From Sphingomonadaceae bacterium (GTDB lineage Bacteria; Pseudomonadota; Alphaproteobacteria; Sphingomonadales; Sphingomonadaceae): a stretch of DNA of 55,912 bases. Numbering within the stretch: position 1 is the first letter of the stretch; every line of letters starts with the position of its first letter. The notes under the pieces were generated by a model that did not search any database, was not told the origin of the DNA, and saw nothing but the letters and a program-made list of their open reading frames with translations. Where the stretch lies: positions 1 to 55,912 of the forward strand of contig JANYFA010000110.1 in assembly GCA_025362895.1 (NCBI GenBank), read 5' to 3'. Position numbers and translations under genes: made by a program. This document shows positions 32,634 through 42,174 of this stretch, one piece after another.

Positions 32634-32692
32634 GCAACAAAGATGCGCCCGCTCGCCACAGTTAGGCGAAGCTATGTTGCAAATCCGTCACA
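32634..32692. promoter_or_regulatory. Phased G(C/T)(A/C)ACA sites including TGTTGC-N6-GTCACA dyad
   Basis: GCAACA 32634, GCCACA 32655, GTCACA 32687, TGTTGC 32675 in the divergent intergenic region. Confidence 0.45.
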
Positions 32693-32736
32693 TGAGGGGT
32701 AGCGACCCTTCATCGAAGCAGACAGGATGGAACGCC

Positions 32737-33276
32737 GTGAGTAATCGGACTGCCATCGTTGCCGTCATGATCGTCGGTGCGGCATCCATCGCTGGTCCTG
32801 CCGTGGCCCGCGCTCCGCAGCGCCCGCACGAAGCAGCGTCGAGCGTGATCACCGAAATCACCGGCTGCGTGACGATCACCAACAATGTTGCGCGATTGGC
32901 GTGTTTCGATGCCGCGACGGCGAAGCTGGTCGAGGCGACGGCCAAGGGCGACGTCAAGATCGTCGATCGTGAGGATATTCGCGTGACGCGGCGGTCGCTG
33001 TTCGGCTTCACCCTGCCGCACGTCGCTTTCTTCAAGGGCGACGATACCGCCGAGGATACACCGTCGGAGATCGACACAACAATCAAGAGCGTCGGCCCGA
33101 GCGAATATGGCAAGTTCACGCTGACGATGGAAGACGGCGCGGTGTGGAAGACGACCGAGCCGCTGCCGCGCGATCCGCGCGCCGGGATGCCGGTTCACCT
33201 GAAGCGCGGCGCGCTCGGTAACTATTTTATTCGCGTCGGTGCGATGCGGTCGGTGACGGCGCAGCGCGTCCGGTGA
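32737..33276 (+). CDS. Secreted hypothetical protein with C-x11-C (RLACFD) motif and beta-rich C-terminus
   Basis: Signal peptide ending AVA; GCVTITNNVARLACFD, RRSLFG, LTMEDGAVW, KRGALGNY; start uncertain. Confidence 0.75.
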   Translation: MSNRTAIVAVMIVGAASIAGPAVARAPQRPHEAASSVITEITGCVTITNNVARLACFDAATAKLVEATAKGDVKIVDREDIRVTRRSLFGFTLPHVAFFKGDDTAEDTPSEIDTTIKSVGPSEYGKFTLTMEDGAVWKTTEPLPRDPRAGMPVHLKRGALGNYFIRVGAMRSVTAQRVR

Positions 33277-34454
33277 CGTCAGGTTCGGTGGGGACGACAC
33301 CGCACGCCCTCAACAGTGCCGGGATGCAACGGTTGAATGCCGGTGACGCCGCCGCCGCCGCCGAGCTATTCGCACAAGCCGCCGCGCTCGACCCCAATGG
33401 CCTGCCGCTGTGGCTAAACCTCGCCAAGGCGCGCCGCGCGATGGGCGACGACATTGGCGAGGGCGCGGCGCTGGCCGGGGCACTGTCGATCGATGCGCGC
33501 GACCTGACCGCGCTAATCCGCTCCGCCGAACGGTTAGAACGGATTGGAGCCCTGGCGAAAGCACTTGTGGCATGGTCGGGCGTACTCGCGGTCGCACCCC
33601 CGCTCGCCGAGTGCACCGTGCCACTGCGCGACGCGGTGGCGCACGCGAGCGGATTCGTCGCCGCGCGCAACGCCGCGTTCGCCGCCGACATCGATACCGC
33701 GATCGCGCCGGCCTTGGCCGCGGTGCCGGTGCGCGAGCGGCGTCGAGTCGAGGCGGCGCTGGACGCGGCGACGGGGCGGCGGCGGATTTACGCTAACGAC
33801 TGCGCCGGGCTCCACTTCCCGTTCCTCCCCGCCGACGAGTTTTTCGACCGCGACCATTTCCCATGGCTGGCTGCGTTCGAGGCCCATACTCCGGCGATCC
33901 GCGCCGAAGCGCTCGCATTACGCGACGGCATCAAGCCCTATGTCGCGATGCCCTCCGGTGCGCCGCCGAATAAGTGGACGCCGCTCGACGGGTCGCTTGA
34001 TTGGGGCGCGTATCATCTGTGGCAGGATGGGGCAGCGATCCCGGCGGCGATTGCGCGGTGCCCGGCGACGGCGGCGGCGCTGGCTACGGTGCCACAAGCC
34101 GACCTCCCGGGGCGCGCCCCGACGGTGTTTTTCTCGATCCTCCAGCCGCGCACCCTCATACCGCCGCATACGGGCGTCAGCAACACGCGGACGATCATCC
34201 ATTTGCCGCTCGTCGTTCCGCCGGGGTGTGGCTTTCGCGTCGGCGGCGAGACGCGCAAGTGGGTCGAGGGCCACGCGCTCGCCTTCGACGATACGATCGA
34301 ACACGAGGCGTGGAACGACAGCGATCAGATTCGGATCGTCCTGATTCTGGACGTGTGGAACCCGTATCTGACAGCGACCGAGCGGTCGGTGCTTCAGGAT
34401 TTCTACCGCGCGGCCGATGCCAGCGGGCATAATCCCGAAGCGAACGGACCTTAG
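33273..34454 (+). CDS. TPR-containing aspartyl/asparaginyl beta-hydroxylase family 2OG-Fe(II) oxygenase
   Basis: N-terminal TPR-like helices (AAALDPNGLPLWLNLAKA); IPPHTG...HLPLVVP...FDDTIEHEAWN...RIVLILDVW. Confidence 0.9.
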   Translation: MTSGSVGTTPHALNSAGMQRLNAGDAAAAAELFAQAAALDPNGLPLWLNLAKARRAMGDDIGEGAALAGALSIDARDLTALIRSAERLERIGALAKALVAWSGVLAVAPPLAECTVPLRDAVAHASGFVAARNAAFAADIDTAIAPALAAVPVRERRRVEAALDAATGRRRIYANDCAGLHFPFLPADEFFDRDHFPWLAAFEAHTPAIRAEALALRDGIKPYVAMPSGAPPNKWTPLDGSLDWGAYHLWQDGAAIPAAIARCPATAAALATVPQADLPGRAPTVFFSILQPRTLIPPHTGVSNTRTIIHLPLVVPPGCGFRVGGETRKWVEGHALAFDDTIEHEAWNDSDQIRIVLILDVWNPYLTATERSVLQDFYRAADASGHNPEANGP

Positions 34455-34735
34455 TTAGGCGTCGTCGCATCGGGGGTGTTGGCCCCACGCGCCATCGTCT
34501 CGGGATTGTTCATCGCGCCTGGAGCGGGCGTGTTCGCCCCACGCGCGGTCGTTTCCGGATTGTTCATCGCGCCGGGCGTCGTGGCATCGGGCATGGCCGG
34601 CGGCGTCGCGACGGGTGCTGGCGGCGGTGCGACGACGGCGGTTGTCGTCGCCGCCGACGTCTCGGTGGTCGCCTTCTTGTTGCACGCCGTCAGCGTCAAA
34701 CCGGCGGCGGTTAGCAGGATAATCGTCGCGCGCAT
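34451..34735 (-). CDS. Small lipoprotein with duplicated 18-aa repeat
   Basis: Lipobox LTAC; PGAMNNPET(T/M)ARGANTP twice. Confidence 0.75.
   Translation of the reverse strand: MRATIILLTAAGLTLTACNKKATTETSAATTTAVVAPPPAPVATPPAMPDATTPGAMNNPETTARGANTPAPGAMNNPETMARGANTPDATTPN
34472..34576 (-). repeat. 54-nt coding tandem repeat, two copies
   Basis: GATTGTTCATCGCGCC at 34504 and 34558; copies differ mostly at synonymous sites. Confidence 0.9.
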
Positions 34736-34999
34736 GGCAGATCTCCGATCAAGCAGTAGATTAACCTAACATGACCGCTGCTTCGGTCCAATCGCTTTCT
34801 GGCGGATACGCACCGTGATCCCTCGCGGGTCGTGGCGACGCACCGCGACGGAGGTCTGTCCTCTACGCGCCGACTTGGGCTAGGATGGTCAGGTGATGAT
34901 CACCGCCCCACCCCTATCCGCCGAAATAGACGGCGGCAGCCTCACCCTGCGACCGTGCTTTTCGTGTCGGCCCGTCGCTCGGCCGGACGAGTCCGACTG

Positions 35000-36856
35000 A
35001 TGGCGCAGCCCGAGAACCCGCTCGAGGACTTCCGCGTCGCGCTCGCCGCGACGTTGCGCGCGCTCGGCCACGAACCGGGGCTCGACCTCGCCTACACCGC
35101 CGACAAGCCATCGTGTTACGGCGATCAGGCGAAGGTGCCGCAGCCGGGGCGCAGCCTCGCCGCCGAACAGGTTGCCGAAGCGCGCGGCTGGGCCGATTCG
35201 TTTGCGCTACGCCGCCGCCACCACGATGCGCGTGCCTTCGCCGCCAATATGCCCCCGGCGGGGATCGCGCGCGACATAATGCAGGCCGTCGAGCAGGCGC
35301 GGATCGAAGCGATCGGCGGGGCCGAAATGGCGGGCGTCGCGATCAATCTCGACCGGATGACCGAAGCGCGGGTCAAGACCGATCCGATCGTCCGCGCGCG
35401 CACCGCCGACGAGGTGCCATTGGCGACGGCGCTCGGGCTGGTTGTTCGCGAACGCCTGACCGGGCGGGCGCCACCGCGCATGGCCGAAAGCGCCGTCGCG
35501 TTGGTGCGTGACGAGATCGAGGCGAAGGCCGGTACCCATCTTGACAATCTGGCCGCGAACGTCGGCGATCAGGCGGCGTTCGGGCTGGTGATGCGCCGGG
35601 TGTTGAACGACCTCGGCCTTGGCGACGACCCCGACGCCACGCCCGACGACAGCGACGACCCATCCGACGACGGCGATGACGACGCCCCCGGCGATGAAGG
35701 GCAGGACGAAACCGGCGAGACCGCCGGACAGGAATCGTCGGTCGAGACCCGCGCCGAGGAGACGTCGGAGACGACCGACGAAACCGAGACGCGCGAAGTC
35801 GACATGGACACCGAGGCAGTGTCCGAAGCGGAAATGGGCGAGAAAGGCCGCAAGGGTACGACCCCGTGGCGTCCGAACACACCGCTTCACGACCTCCCGG
35901 CCGGGTTCGACTATTCGGCTTTCACGACTGCTTATGACGAGACGATCGCCGCCGAGGAACTGTGCGATGCCGAGGAACTGACGCGGCTGCGCGGTTATCT
36001 CGATCAACAGCTGCTCCATCTTCAAGGCGCCGTGACCAAGCTCGCCAACCGGCTGCAGCGACGGCTGATGGCGCAGCAGAACCGCAGCTGGGACTTTGAT
36101 CAGGAAGATGGGCAGCTCGACGCCGCGCGGCTGGTCCGAATCGTGACCTCTCCGGGCCACGCCCTAAGTTATAAGGTCGAACGCGACACGCGGTTCCGCG
36201 ATACCGTCGTTACCCTGCTGATCGACAATTCGGGATCGATGCGCGGGCGCCCGATTTCAATTGCGGCGATCTGCGCCGATATTCTCGCGCGCACTCTGGA
36301 GCGCTGTTCGGTCAAGACTGAAATTCTCGGCTTCACGACTCGTGCGTGGAAGGGCGGCCAGTCGCGCGAGAAGTGGCTCGCGGCGGGACGGCCCGGCAAA
36401 CCCGGTCGCCTCAACGACCTGCGCCACATCGTCTATAAGCCGGCCGATGCCCCGTGGCGCCGCGCGCGCAAGAACCTCGGGCTGATGATGCGCGAGGGTT
36501 TGCTCAAGGAAAATATCGATGGCGAGGCGCTGTTGTGGGCGCACAACCGAATGCTTGCGCGAAGCGAGGATCGTCGCATTCTGATGGTCATTTCCGACGG
36601 CGCGCCGGTCGACGATTCGACGCTGTCGATCAATACCGGCAACTACCTCGAACGACACTTGCGCCAAGTCATCAGCTGGATCGAGTCGCGGTCGCCGGTC
36701 GAACTTATCGCGGTCGGCATCGGCCACGACGTCACACGTTATTACTCGCGCGCCGTGACGATCATGGACGTCGAACAGTTGGGCGGAACGATCATCGATC
36801 AACTCGCCCAGCTTTTCGAGGAGGACGCTGCGGCGAACCGCAGCGCCCGTCGATAG
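35000..36856 (+). CDS. cobT: Cobaltochelatase subunit CobT
   Basis: Acidic linker; [21 protein letters not shown]; v[21 protein letters not shown]; [12 protein letters not shown]; ISDGAPVDD. Confidence 0.95.
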   Translation: MAQPENPLEDFRVALAATLRALGHEPGLDLAYTADKPSCYGDQAKVPQPGRSLAAEQVAEARGWADSFALRRRHHDARAFAANMPPAGIARDIMQAVEQARIEAIGGAEMAGVAINLDRMTEARVKTDPIVRARTADEVPLATALGLVVRERLTGRAPPRMAESAVALVRDEIEAKAGTHLDNLAANVGDQAAFGLVMRRVLNDLGLGDDPDATPDDSDDPSDDGDDDAPGDEGQDETGETAGQESSVETRAEETSETTDETETREVDMDTEAVSEAEMGEKGRKGTTPWRPNTPLHDLPAGFDYSAFTTAYDETIAAEELCDAEELTRLRGYLDQQLLHLQGAVTKLANRLQRRLMAQQNRSWDFDQEDGQLDAARLVRIVTSPGHALSYKVERDTRFRDTVVTLLIDNSGSMRGRPISIAAICADILARTLERCSVKTEILGFTTRAWKGGQSREKWLAAGRPGKPGRLNDLRHIVYKPADAPWRRARKNLGLMMREGLLKENIDGEALLWAHNRMLARSEDRRILMVISDGAPVDDSTLSINTGNYLERHLRQVISWIESRSPVELIAVGIGHDVTRYYSRAVTIMDVEQLGGTIIDQLAQLFEEDAAANRSARR

Positions 36857-36859
36857 GCT

Positions 36860-37144
36860 TTAGTGGGCGTGCGTTGCGTCGGCACAATGCTCAGTGCCGC
36901 GACCGACAACACTGCCGGCAACACCACCCGCCGTGGCACCTAGAAGCGCGCCGCCCAGCCCGCCGCCCAGCAGCGCGCCGCCAGCGCCACCGGCTACCGC
37001 GCCAACAGCGATGCCCTGATGCCCGGCGTTGCGCTTGTCGCGGCGGCACTGCGAATGGCTGCGACCGTTATAATAATGACGGGCGTCGGCAACAGTCGCG
37101 GTGAGCGTGGCAGCGGCGACGGCGAGCGTGAGAAAAAGGCGCAT
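36860..37144 (-). CDS. Secreted glycine-zipper protein
   Basis: Signal peptide ending ADA; C...GAVAGGAGGALLGGGLGGALLGATAGGVAG...C. Confidence 0.75.
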   Translation of the reverse strand: MRLFLTLAVAAATLTATVADARHYYNGRSHSQCRRDKRNAGHQGIAVGAVAGGAGGALLGGGLGGALLGATAGGVAGSVVGRGTEHCADATHAH

Positions 37145-37206
37145 GGTGCATTGTCCTTGGTAGCAAGTTCGTAACGCATAAGTGACGACATGACGTGTTG
37201 GTTCCG

Positions 37207-37252
37207 TGAACGCGAAGTTCAGTCGCCGTTCACGCGCGCCAAGCCACATTCA
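37207..37252. promoter_or_regulatory. TGAAC-N5-GTTCA dyad and TTCA-N7-TTCA direct repeat
   Basis: TTCA at 37218, 37229, 37249; TGAAC at 37207. Confidence 0.4.
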
Positions 37253-37318
37253 TTGCTCTTTGTCCGGCTCCTGTAAACACAGGCGTCGAGACGAGTTTGT
37301 TTTTGAGGAGCCTGTCGA

Positions 37319-37825
37319 ATGAAACGCTTCCTTCTCGCTGCGGTACTCGCTGCAACCGCCGTCAGCGCCGCCGCCCCGGCGGACGCACGATGGCATGGCG
37401 GCTATTACGCCCACCCTTATTATGGCCAAGGCGCTTACCGGCCCTATCCCGGCTATGTACCGCCTTATTATGCGCCGCCCGTGTATTACGTGCCACGCCC
37501 GGTCTACGTCGAGCCAGCGTATGGCTATGATAATTATGATCCGGATTACGCCTATAGCGCTCCGCAATATGCTTATCCGGCACCGGGCTATCCGGCTTAT
37601 GGTTACGGCGCCGAAGGCTATGTCGCTGAATATCGCGGGGGCTACAGCGACTATTATCGCGGCGGCTATCGCTGCCACAGCACCGGTGCGGGTGCCGTCA
37701 TCGGCGCGATCGCCGGCGGTCTGATCGGCGATTCGGTCAGTCGGCGTTACGACCGAGGGATTTCGACCATCGCTGGAGCTGGCGTCGGCGCGGCGGTGGG
37801 CGACTCGATCGAGCGCAACTGCTAG
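37319..37825 (+). CDS. Secreted Tyr/Pro/Gly-rich protein with glycine zipper 2TM domain
   Basis: GAGGAG RBS; signal peptide ending ADA; about 28 Tyr in about 95 aa; C..TGAGAVIGAIAGGLIG...[15 protein letters not shown]. Confidence 0.8.
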   Translation: MKRFLLAAVLAATAVSAAAPADARWHGGYYAHPYYGQGAYRPYPGYVPPYYAPPVYYVPRPVYVEPAYGYDNYDPDYAYSAPQYAYPAPGYPAYGYGAEGYVAEYRGGYSDYYRGGYRCHSTGAGAVIGAIAGGLIGDSVSRRYDRGISTIAGAGVGAAVGDSIERNC

Positions 37826-37840
37826 AGTCAGTGGAGCGAG

Positions 37841-38968
37841 CTAGTCGGTCAGCTCGCTCCACATCCCTTTGATTTTGGCGAAGAAGCCCGACTGCGCGGG
37901 GAAATTTCCTTCGCCCGCCTCCAAAGCCTGAAACTCCTCGAGCAATTCGCGCTGACGCTTCGATAACTTGATGGGTGTCTCGACATCCACCTGGATGACA
38001 AGATCACCGAAACCGTGGTTGCGCCCATTGTTCGACAAAGCGGGCATCCCGCGGCCACGCACCCTGAGTTGCTTGCCGCTCTGCGTACCTGCGGGAACCT
38101 TGATCGTCGCAGCCTGCTTGTCGAGCCCCGGAACTTCGATTTCGCCGCCCAACGCCGCCGTCGTGATCGATACCGGCACCTGCGCGAATAACGTCGTTCC
38201 GTCGCGCTTGAAGATCGCATGCGGCTTCAGGGCGACGAAAATGTACAGGTCACCCGAACCCGCGCCGCGCTGGCCGGCCTCGCCCTCGCCCGCGACACGA
38301 ATGCGAGTGCCGTCGTCGACCCCGGCGGGGATTTGTACCTCGAGGTTTTTGCTCCGCTCGACGCGGCCCGCGCCGTGGCAAGTGTCGCATGGGTCGGGGA
38401 TCACCTGTCCGGCCCCGTGACACGTCGGGCATGCTCGTTCGACCATGAACATGCCTTGCCGCGAATTGACCTTACCCTGGCCGCGGCACGTCGTGCATGG
38501 CTTGACGGTCGTTCCCGGCTTCGCCCCGCGACCATCGCAGGTGGTGCAGGTGGCAGCGACCTCCATCGCCAGGCTCGCCGATTTGCCGGAGAACGCCTCC
38601 TCGAAGGTCATCTCCAGATCGTATCGCAGATCCTGTCCGCGCCCTGACGGCTGCCGTCCGCGCCCAGTGAATTGCCCGAAAATATCCTCGAAGATATCGC
38701 TGAAGCCGCCGAAACCCTGATGTCCCGCGCCACCGCCCTGGCCAAGCCCGGCCTTGCCATAGCGGTCGTAGGCAGCCCGCTTCTGGGCGTCCTTCAGGAC
38801 GTCATACGCCTCGCTGATCGCCTTGAAGCGCGCTTCAGCGGCCGCGTCGCCGGGGTTCTTGTCGGGGTGCCAGCGAATCGCGAGGCGACGATACGACGCC
38901 TTGAGCGTGCCGTCGTCGGCCGTCCGCTCGCATTCGAGCAGCTCATAATAATCGATGTCGGTGGTCAT
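37841..38968 (-). CDS. dnaJ: Chaperone DnaJ
   Basis: J domain with HPD; four CxxCxGxG repeats. Confidence 0.97.
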   Translation of the reverse strand: MTTDIDYYELLECERTADDGTLKASYRRLAIRWHPDKNPGDAAAEARFKAISEAYDVLKDAQKRAAYDRYGKAGLGQGGGAGHQGFGGFSDIFEDIFGQFTGRGRQPSGRGQDLRYDLEMTFEEAFSGKSASLAMEVAATCTTCDGRGAKPGTTVKPCTTCRGQGKVNSRQGMFMVERACPTCHGAGQVIPDPCDTCHGAGRVERSKNLEVQIPAGVDDGTRIRVAGEGEAGQRGAGSGDLYIFVALKPHAIFKRDGTTLFAQVPVSITTAALGGEIEVPGLDKQAATIKVPAGTQSGKQLRVRGRGMPALSNNGRNHGFGDLVIQVDVETPIKLSKRQRELLEEFQALEAGEGNFPAQSGFFAKIKGMWSELTD

Positions 38969-39020
38969 GCATCAAGGCCCCCCGGTTGCCGCGCATGCCG
39001 ACGACACGCGCTGCCCGGTC

Positions 39021-40910
39021 TTATTTGTGGTCGTCGACTTCGCTGAACTCCGCGTCGACCACGTCGTCGTCCTTCTTCGCCGTCGCGTCGGGCGCAGGCG
39101 CTTCGGCCTCGGCCTTATAGATCGCCTCACCCAGCTTCATGGCCACCATCTGCAGCGCGGTGGTCTTGGCGGTGAGCGCCTCGGCGTCGCCACCATCGAG
39201 GATTGCCTTGAGGTCGGACACTGCCGCCTCGATCTCGGTCTTCACCTCGGTCGTCACCTTGTTGCCATGCTCGGTCAGCTGGCGCTCAGTCGAATGCACG
39301 AGGCTGTCGGCCTGATTGCGCGCTTCGGCGACGGCTCGGCGCTTCTTGTCCTCCTCGGCGAAGCGCTCGGCGTCCTTGACCATGCCTTCGATGTCGTCCT
39401 TCGATAGGCCGCCCGACGGTTGGATGCGGATCTGCTGCTCCTTGCCGGTGCCCTTGTCCTTCGCGTTGACACTGACGAGTCCGTTGGCGTCGATATCGAA
39501 TGTCACCTCGATCTGCGGCAGGCCACGCGGCGCGGGCGGGATGCCGACCAGATCGAACTGGCCGAGCAGCTTATTATCCGCGGCCATTTCGCGTTCGCCC
39601 TGGAAGACGCGGATCGTCACCGCGCTCTGGTTGTCGTCGGCGGTCGAATAAGTCTGGCTCTTCTTGGTCGGGATCGTCGTATTGCGGTCGATCATGCGGG
39701 TGAAGACCCCGCCCAGCGTCTCGATGCCCAGCGACAGCGGCGTCACGTCGAGGAGGAGGACATCCTTGACGTCGCCCTGAAGAACGCCGGCTTGAATCGC
39801 GGCGCCCATCGCGACGACCTCGTCAGGATTGACGCTGGTGTTCGGCTCCTTGCCGAACAAGGACTTAACGAACTCGCGGACGCGGGGCATCCGGGTCATG
39901 CCGCCGACGAGGACGACTTCGTCGATTTCGCTGGTCTTGACCCCGGCTTCGCTGATCGCGTCGAGGCATGGCTTACGGGTGCGCTCGATCAAATCGATGA
40001 CCAGCCGCTCGAGGTCAGTCCGGGTCACCGTCTTGACCAGATGCTTCGGTCCGGTTGCATCGGCAGTAATAAACGGCAGATTGACCTCAGTCGACGCCGA
40101 TGACGACAGTTCGATCTTCGCCTTTTCTGCCGCTTCCTTGAGCCGCTGGAGCGCCAGCTTGTCCTTGGTCAGATCGATCCCTTCGGACTTCTTGAAGTCT
40201 TCGGCGAGGTAGGCGACGACCTTCGCATCGAAATCTTCACCGCCGAGGAAAGTATCGCCGCTGGTCGACTTGACCTCAAATACGCCGTCGCCGAGTTCGA
40301 GTACCGAGACGTCGAACGTGCCGCCGCCCAAGTCGTAAACCGCGATCGTCTTTGCGCCCTGCTTGTCAAGGCCATACGCCAATGCCGCCGCCGTCGGCTC
40401 GTTGATAATCCGTAAGACTTCTAGGCCGGCGATCTTACCGGCATCCTTGGTTGCCTGGCGCTGGGCATCATTGAAATACGCCGGGACAGTAATGACTGCC
40501 TGCGTCACAGTCTCGCCCAAATAAGCCTCGGCAGTCTCTTTCATCTTCTGCAAGATAAACGCACTGATTTGCGACGGCGAATAGTCCTCGCCACCGGCGG
40601 AGACCCAGGCATCACCATTACCGCCCTTGACGATCTTGTACGGGACAAGCGCCGCGTCCTTCTGCGTCAATGGGTCGTTAAACCCGCGACCAATCAGTCG
40701 CTTGACGGCGAACACCGTATTTTCGGGGTTGGTTACTGCCTGGCGTTTTGCCGGCTGACCGACAAGGCGTTCTTTTTCCTTGGTAAAAGCGACCTGCGAG
40801 GGGGTGGTGCGGGCACCTTCTGCGTTTTCGATGACTTTGGGGGTGCTGCCCTCCATGACGGCGACGCAGCTATTGGTCGTCCCGAGGTCAATTCCGATGA
40901 CTTTGGCCAT
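39021..40910 (-). CDS. dnaK: Chaperone DnaK
   Basis: [33 protein letters not shown]-terminal VVDAEFSEV. Confidence 0.98.
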   Translation of the reverse strand: MAKVIGIDLGTTNSCVAVMEGSTPKVIENAEGARTTPSQVAFTKEKERLVGQPAKRQAVTNPENTVFAVKRLIGRGFNDPLTQKDAALVPYKIVKGGNGDAWVSAGGEDYSPSQISAFILQKMKETAEAYLGETVTQAVITVPAYFNDAQRQATKDAGKIAGLEVLRIINEPTAAALAYGLDKQGAKTIAVYDLGGGTFDVSVLELGDGVFEVKSTSGDTFLGGEDFDAKVVAYLAEDFKKSEGIDLTKDKLALQRLKEAAEKAKIELSSSASTEVNLPFITADATGPKHLVKTVTRTDLERLVIDLIERTRKPCLDAISEAGVKTSEIDEVVLVGGMTRMPRVREFVKSLFGKEPNTSVNPDEVVAMGAAIQAGVLQGDVKDVLLLDVTPLSLGIETLGGVFTRMIDRNTTIPTKKSQTYSTADDNQSAVTIRVFQGEREMAADNKLLGQFDLVGIPPAPRGLPQIEVTFDIDANGLVSVNAKDKGTGKEQQIRIQPSGGLSKDDIEGMVKDAERFAEEDKKRRAVAEARNQADSLVHSTERQLTEHGNKVTTEVKTEIEAAVSDLKAILDGGDAEALTAKTTALQMVAMKLGEAIYKAEAEAPAPDATAKKDDDVVDAEFSEVDDHK

Positions 40911-40997
40911 GTTCGTCCTTCGTATCCAAGCGTTTAGCCCAAGGCGCGGAGCCGACGGCCCTCGTGTGAAGCGACCCCGGCCAGCGTGTGCCGGGCG

Positions 40998-41026
40998 GAT
41001 ATAGTGAGCCAAAAAGTCGCTGCAAG
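40998..41026 (-). promoter_or_regulatory. RpoH (sigma32) promoter of dnaKJ
   Basis: Minus strand CTTGCA-N16-CTATATC. Confidence 0.7.
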
Positions 41027-41162
41027 CCATGAACTTCCCCGCGACCACCCCGCGGATGCGGACGCGCACGGCTGCGGCAGAGTGTAGCCGCGCTCGCGAT
41101 GCATCGACGGTTCAGCGTGAATCGCGCTATCACCACGGTCAACGATGGACGGAGCGGCGGCG

Positions 41163-41642
41163 ATGGTGCGGATTTTCGGTTGGCTGGCCTGCGTCGGCGC
41201 GCTCGCGTTGCTCATCCTCGCCATGACGACGGGGACGCGCGTGGCGGCGGCGAACGCGGTTCGGATCGATCACGCGACGGTTCGTTTGTCCCCCATTCCG
41301 GGACGTCCGGCAGCGGGATATTTCAACATCACCGCCGGCAGCGCGGCGGTAGAGCTAACCGGGGTCGTCGCGGCGCACGCGCGGGTCGAGCTCCACGGCA
41401 TGAGCATGGCGGGCAACGTCATGCGGATGAACCGACTGCCGTCGGTTCGCGTTGCCGCCGGGGGCACGGTCCGCTTTGCTCCGGGAGGGTCGCATCTGAT
41501 GATCTTCGACCTTCCCGCGACGGCATCAGGCGCGACGATCCCGCTGACATTCGCCTTTGCCGACGGCACGCGCGTGGACGTAACGGCGTCCGTCGTTGCC
41601 GCGGGAGCAGAGGCAACGCCGATGGCGCATGGCGCGCATTGA
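41163..41642 (+). CDS. Periplasmic copper chaperone PCu(A)C
   Basis: PAAGYF, VELHGMSMAGNVMRM, APGGSHLM, C-terminal MAHGAH. Confidence 0.88.
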   Translation: MVRIFGWLACVGALALLILAMTTGTRVAAANAVRIDHATVRLSPIPGRPAAGYFNITAGSAAVELTGVVAAHARVELHGMSMAGNVMRMNRLPSVRVAAGGTVRFAPGGSHLMIFDLPATASGATIPLTFAFADGTRVDVTASVVAAGAEATPMAHGAH

Positions 41643-42174
41643 GCATCAGCGCCCGCTGACCCCCGGCGAGCGCGCACTGGCGGCCTCGGCATTCGGCCCG
41701 GCGCTCGATCCCGACCCCGTCACGCTGCGACTTGGCAGGTGGTTTCCGTTCCAGCCGCGCCGCGTCGTCATGGCCCCCGACGGTCATGTCTGGTTTCACC
41801 CCGACGGCCCGGAATGGCGCGAGGACTTCGCCGCCGCCAGCCTCGCGTCGCGGGCGCTGCTGATTCACGAACTGACCCATGTCTGGCAGCATCAGTGCGG
41901 CATCTTCCTGCCGCTACGCCGCCGCCCATTTGCGCGATACAGCTATCTGCCGGTGACGCCGGGCAAGCCGTTTGCCGCTTACGGGATCGAGCAACAGGCG
42001 TGCATCGTCGCCGACGCCTTTCTATTGGCTCACGGCGCGCTCATCAAAGGCGCACCGCCGCTCACTGCCTATCGCACGCTGCTTCCGTTCGGTCCCTATC
42101 CGCTGACCAGCGCCAGTACGGGCCGCGCCGACAGCGGTGGCAGCGGCAGCGGGCGTTCGCCGGCGATATCGTAG
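41629..42174 (+). CDS. 'Vgr-related' HExxH zincin-like protein
   Basis: RPLTPGE, MAPDGHVWF, LIHELTHVWQHQ, YGIEQQA. Confidence 0.75.
   Translation: MARIEHQRPLTPGERALAASAFGPALDPDPVTLRLGRWFPFQPRRVVMAPDGHVWFHPDGPEWREDFAAASLASRALLIHELTHVWQHQCGIFLPLRRRPFARYSYLPVTPGKPFAAYGIEQQACIVADAFLLAHGALIKGAPPLTAYRTLLPFGPYPLTSASTGRADSGGSGSGRSPAIS

Noticed and set aside
40911-41160. CIRCE element upstream of dnaK (also checked before clpB and hrcA)
   Set aside because: No TTAGCACTC-N9-GAGTGCTAA match seen; only RpoH-type promoters
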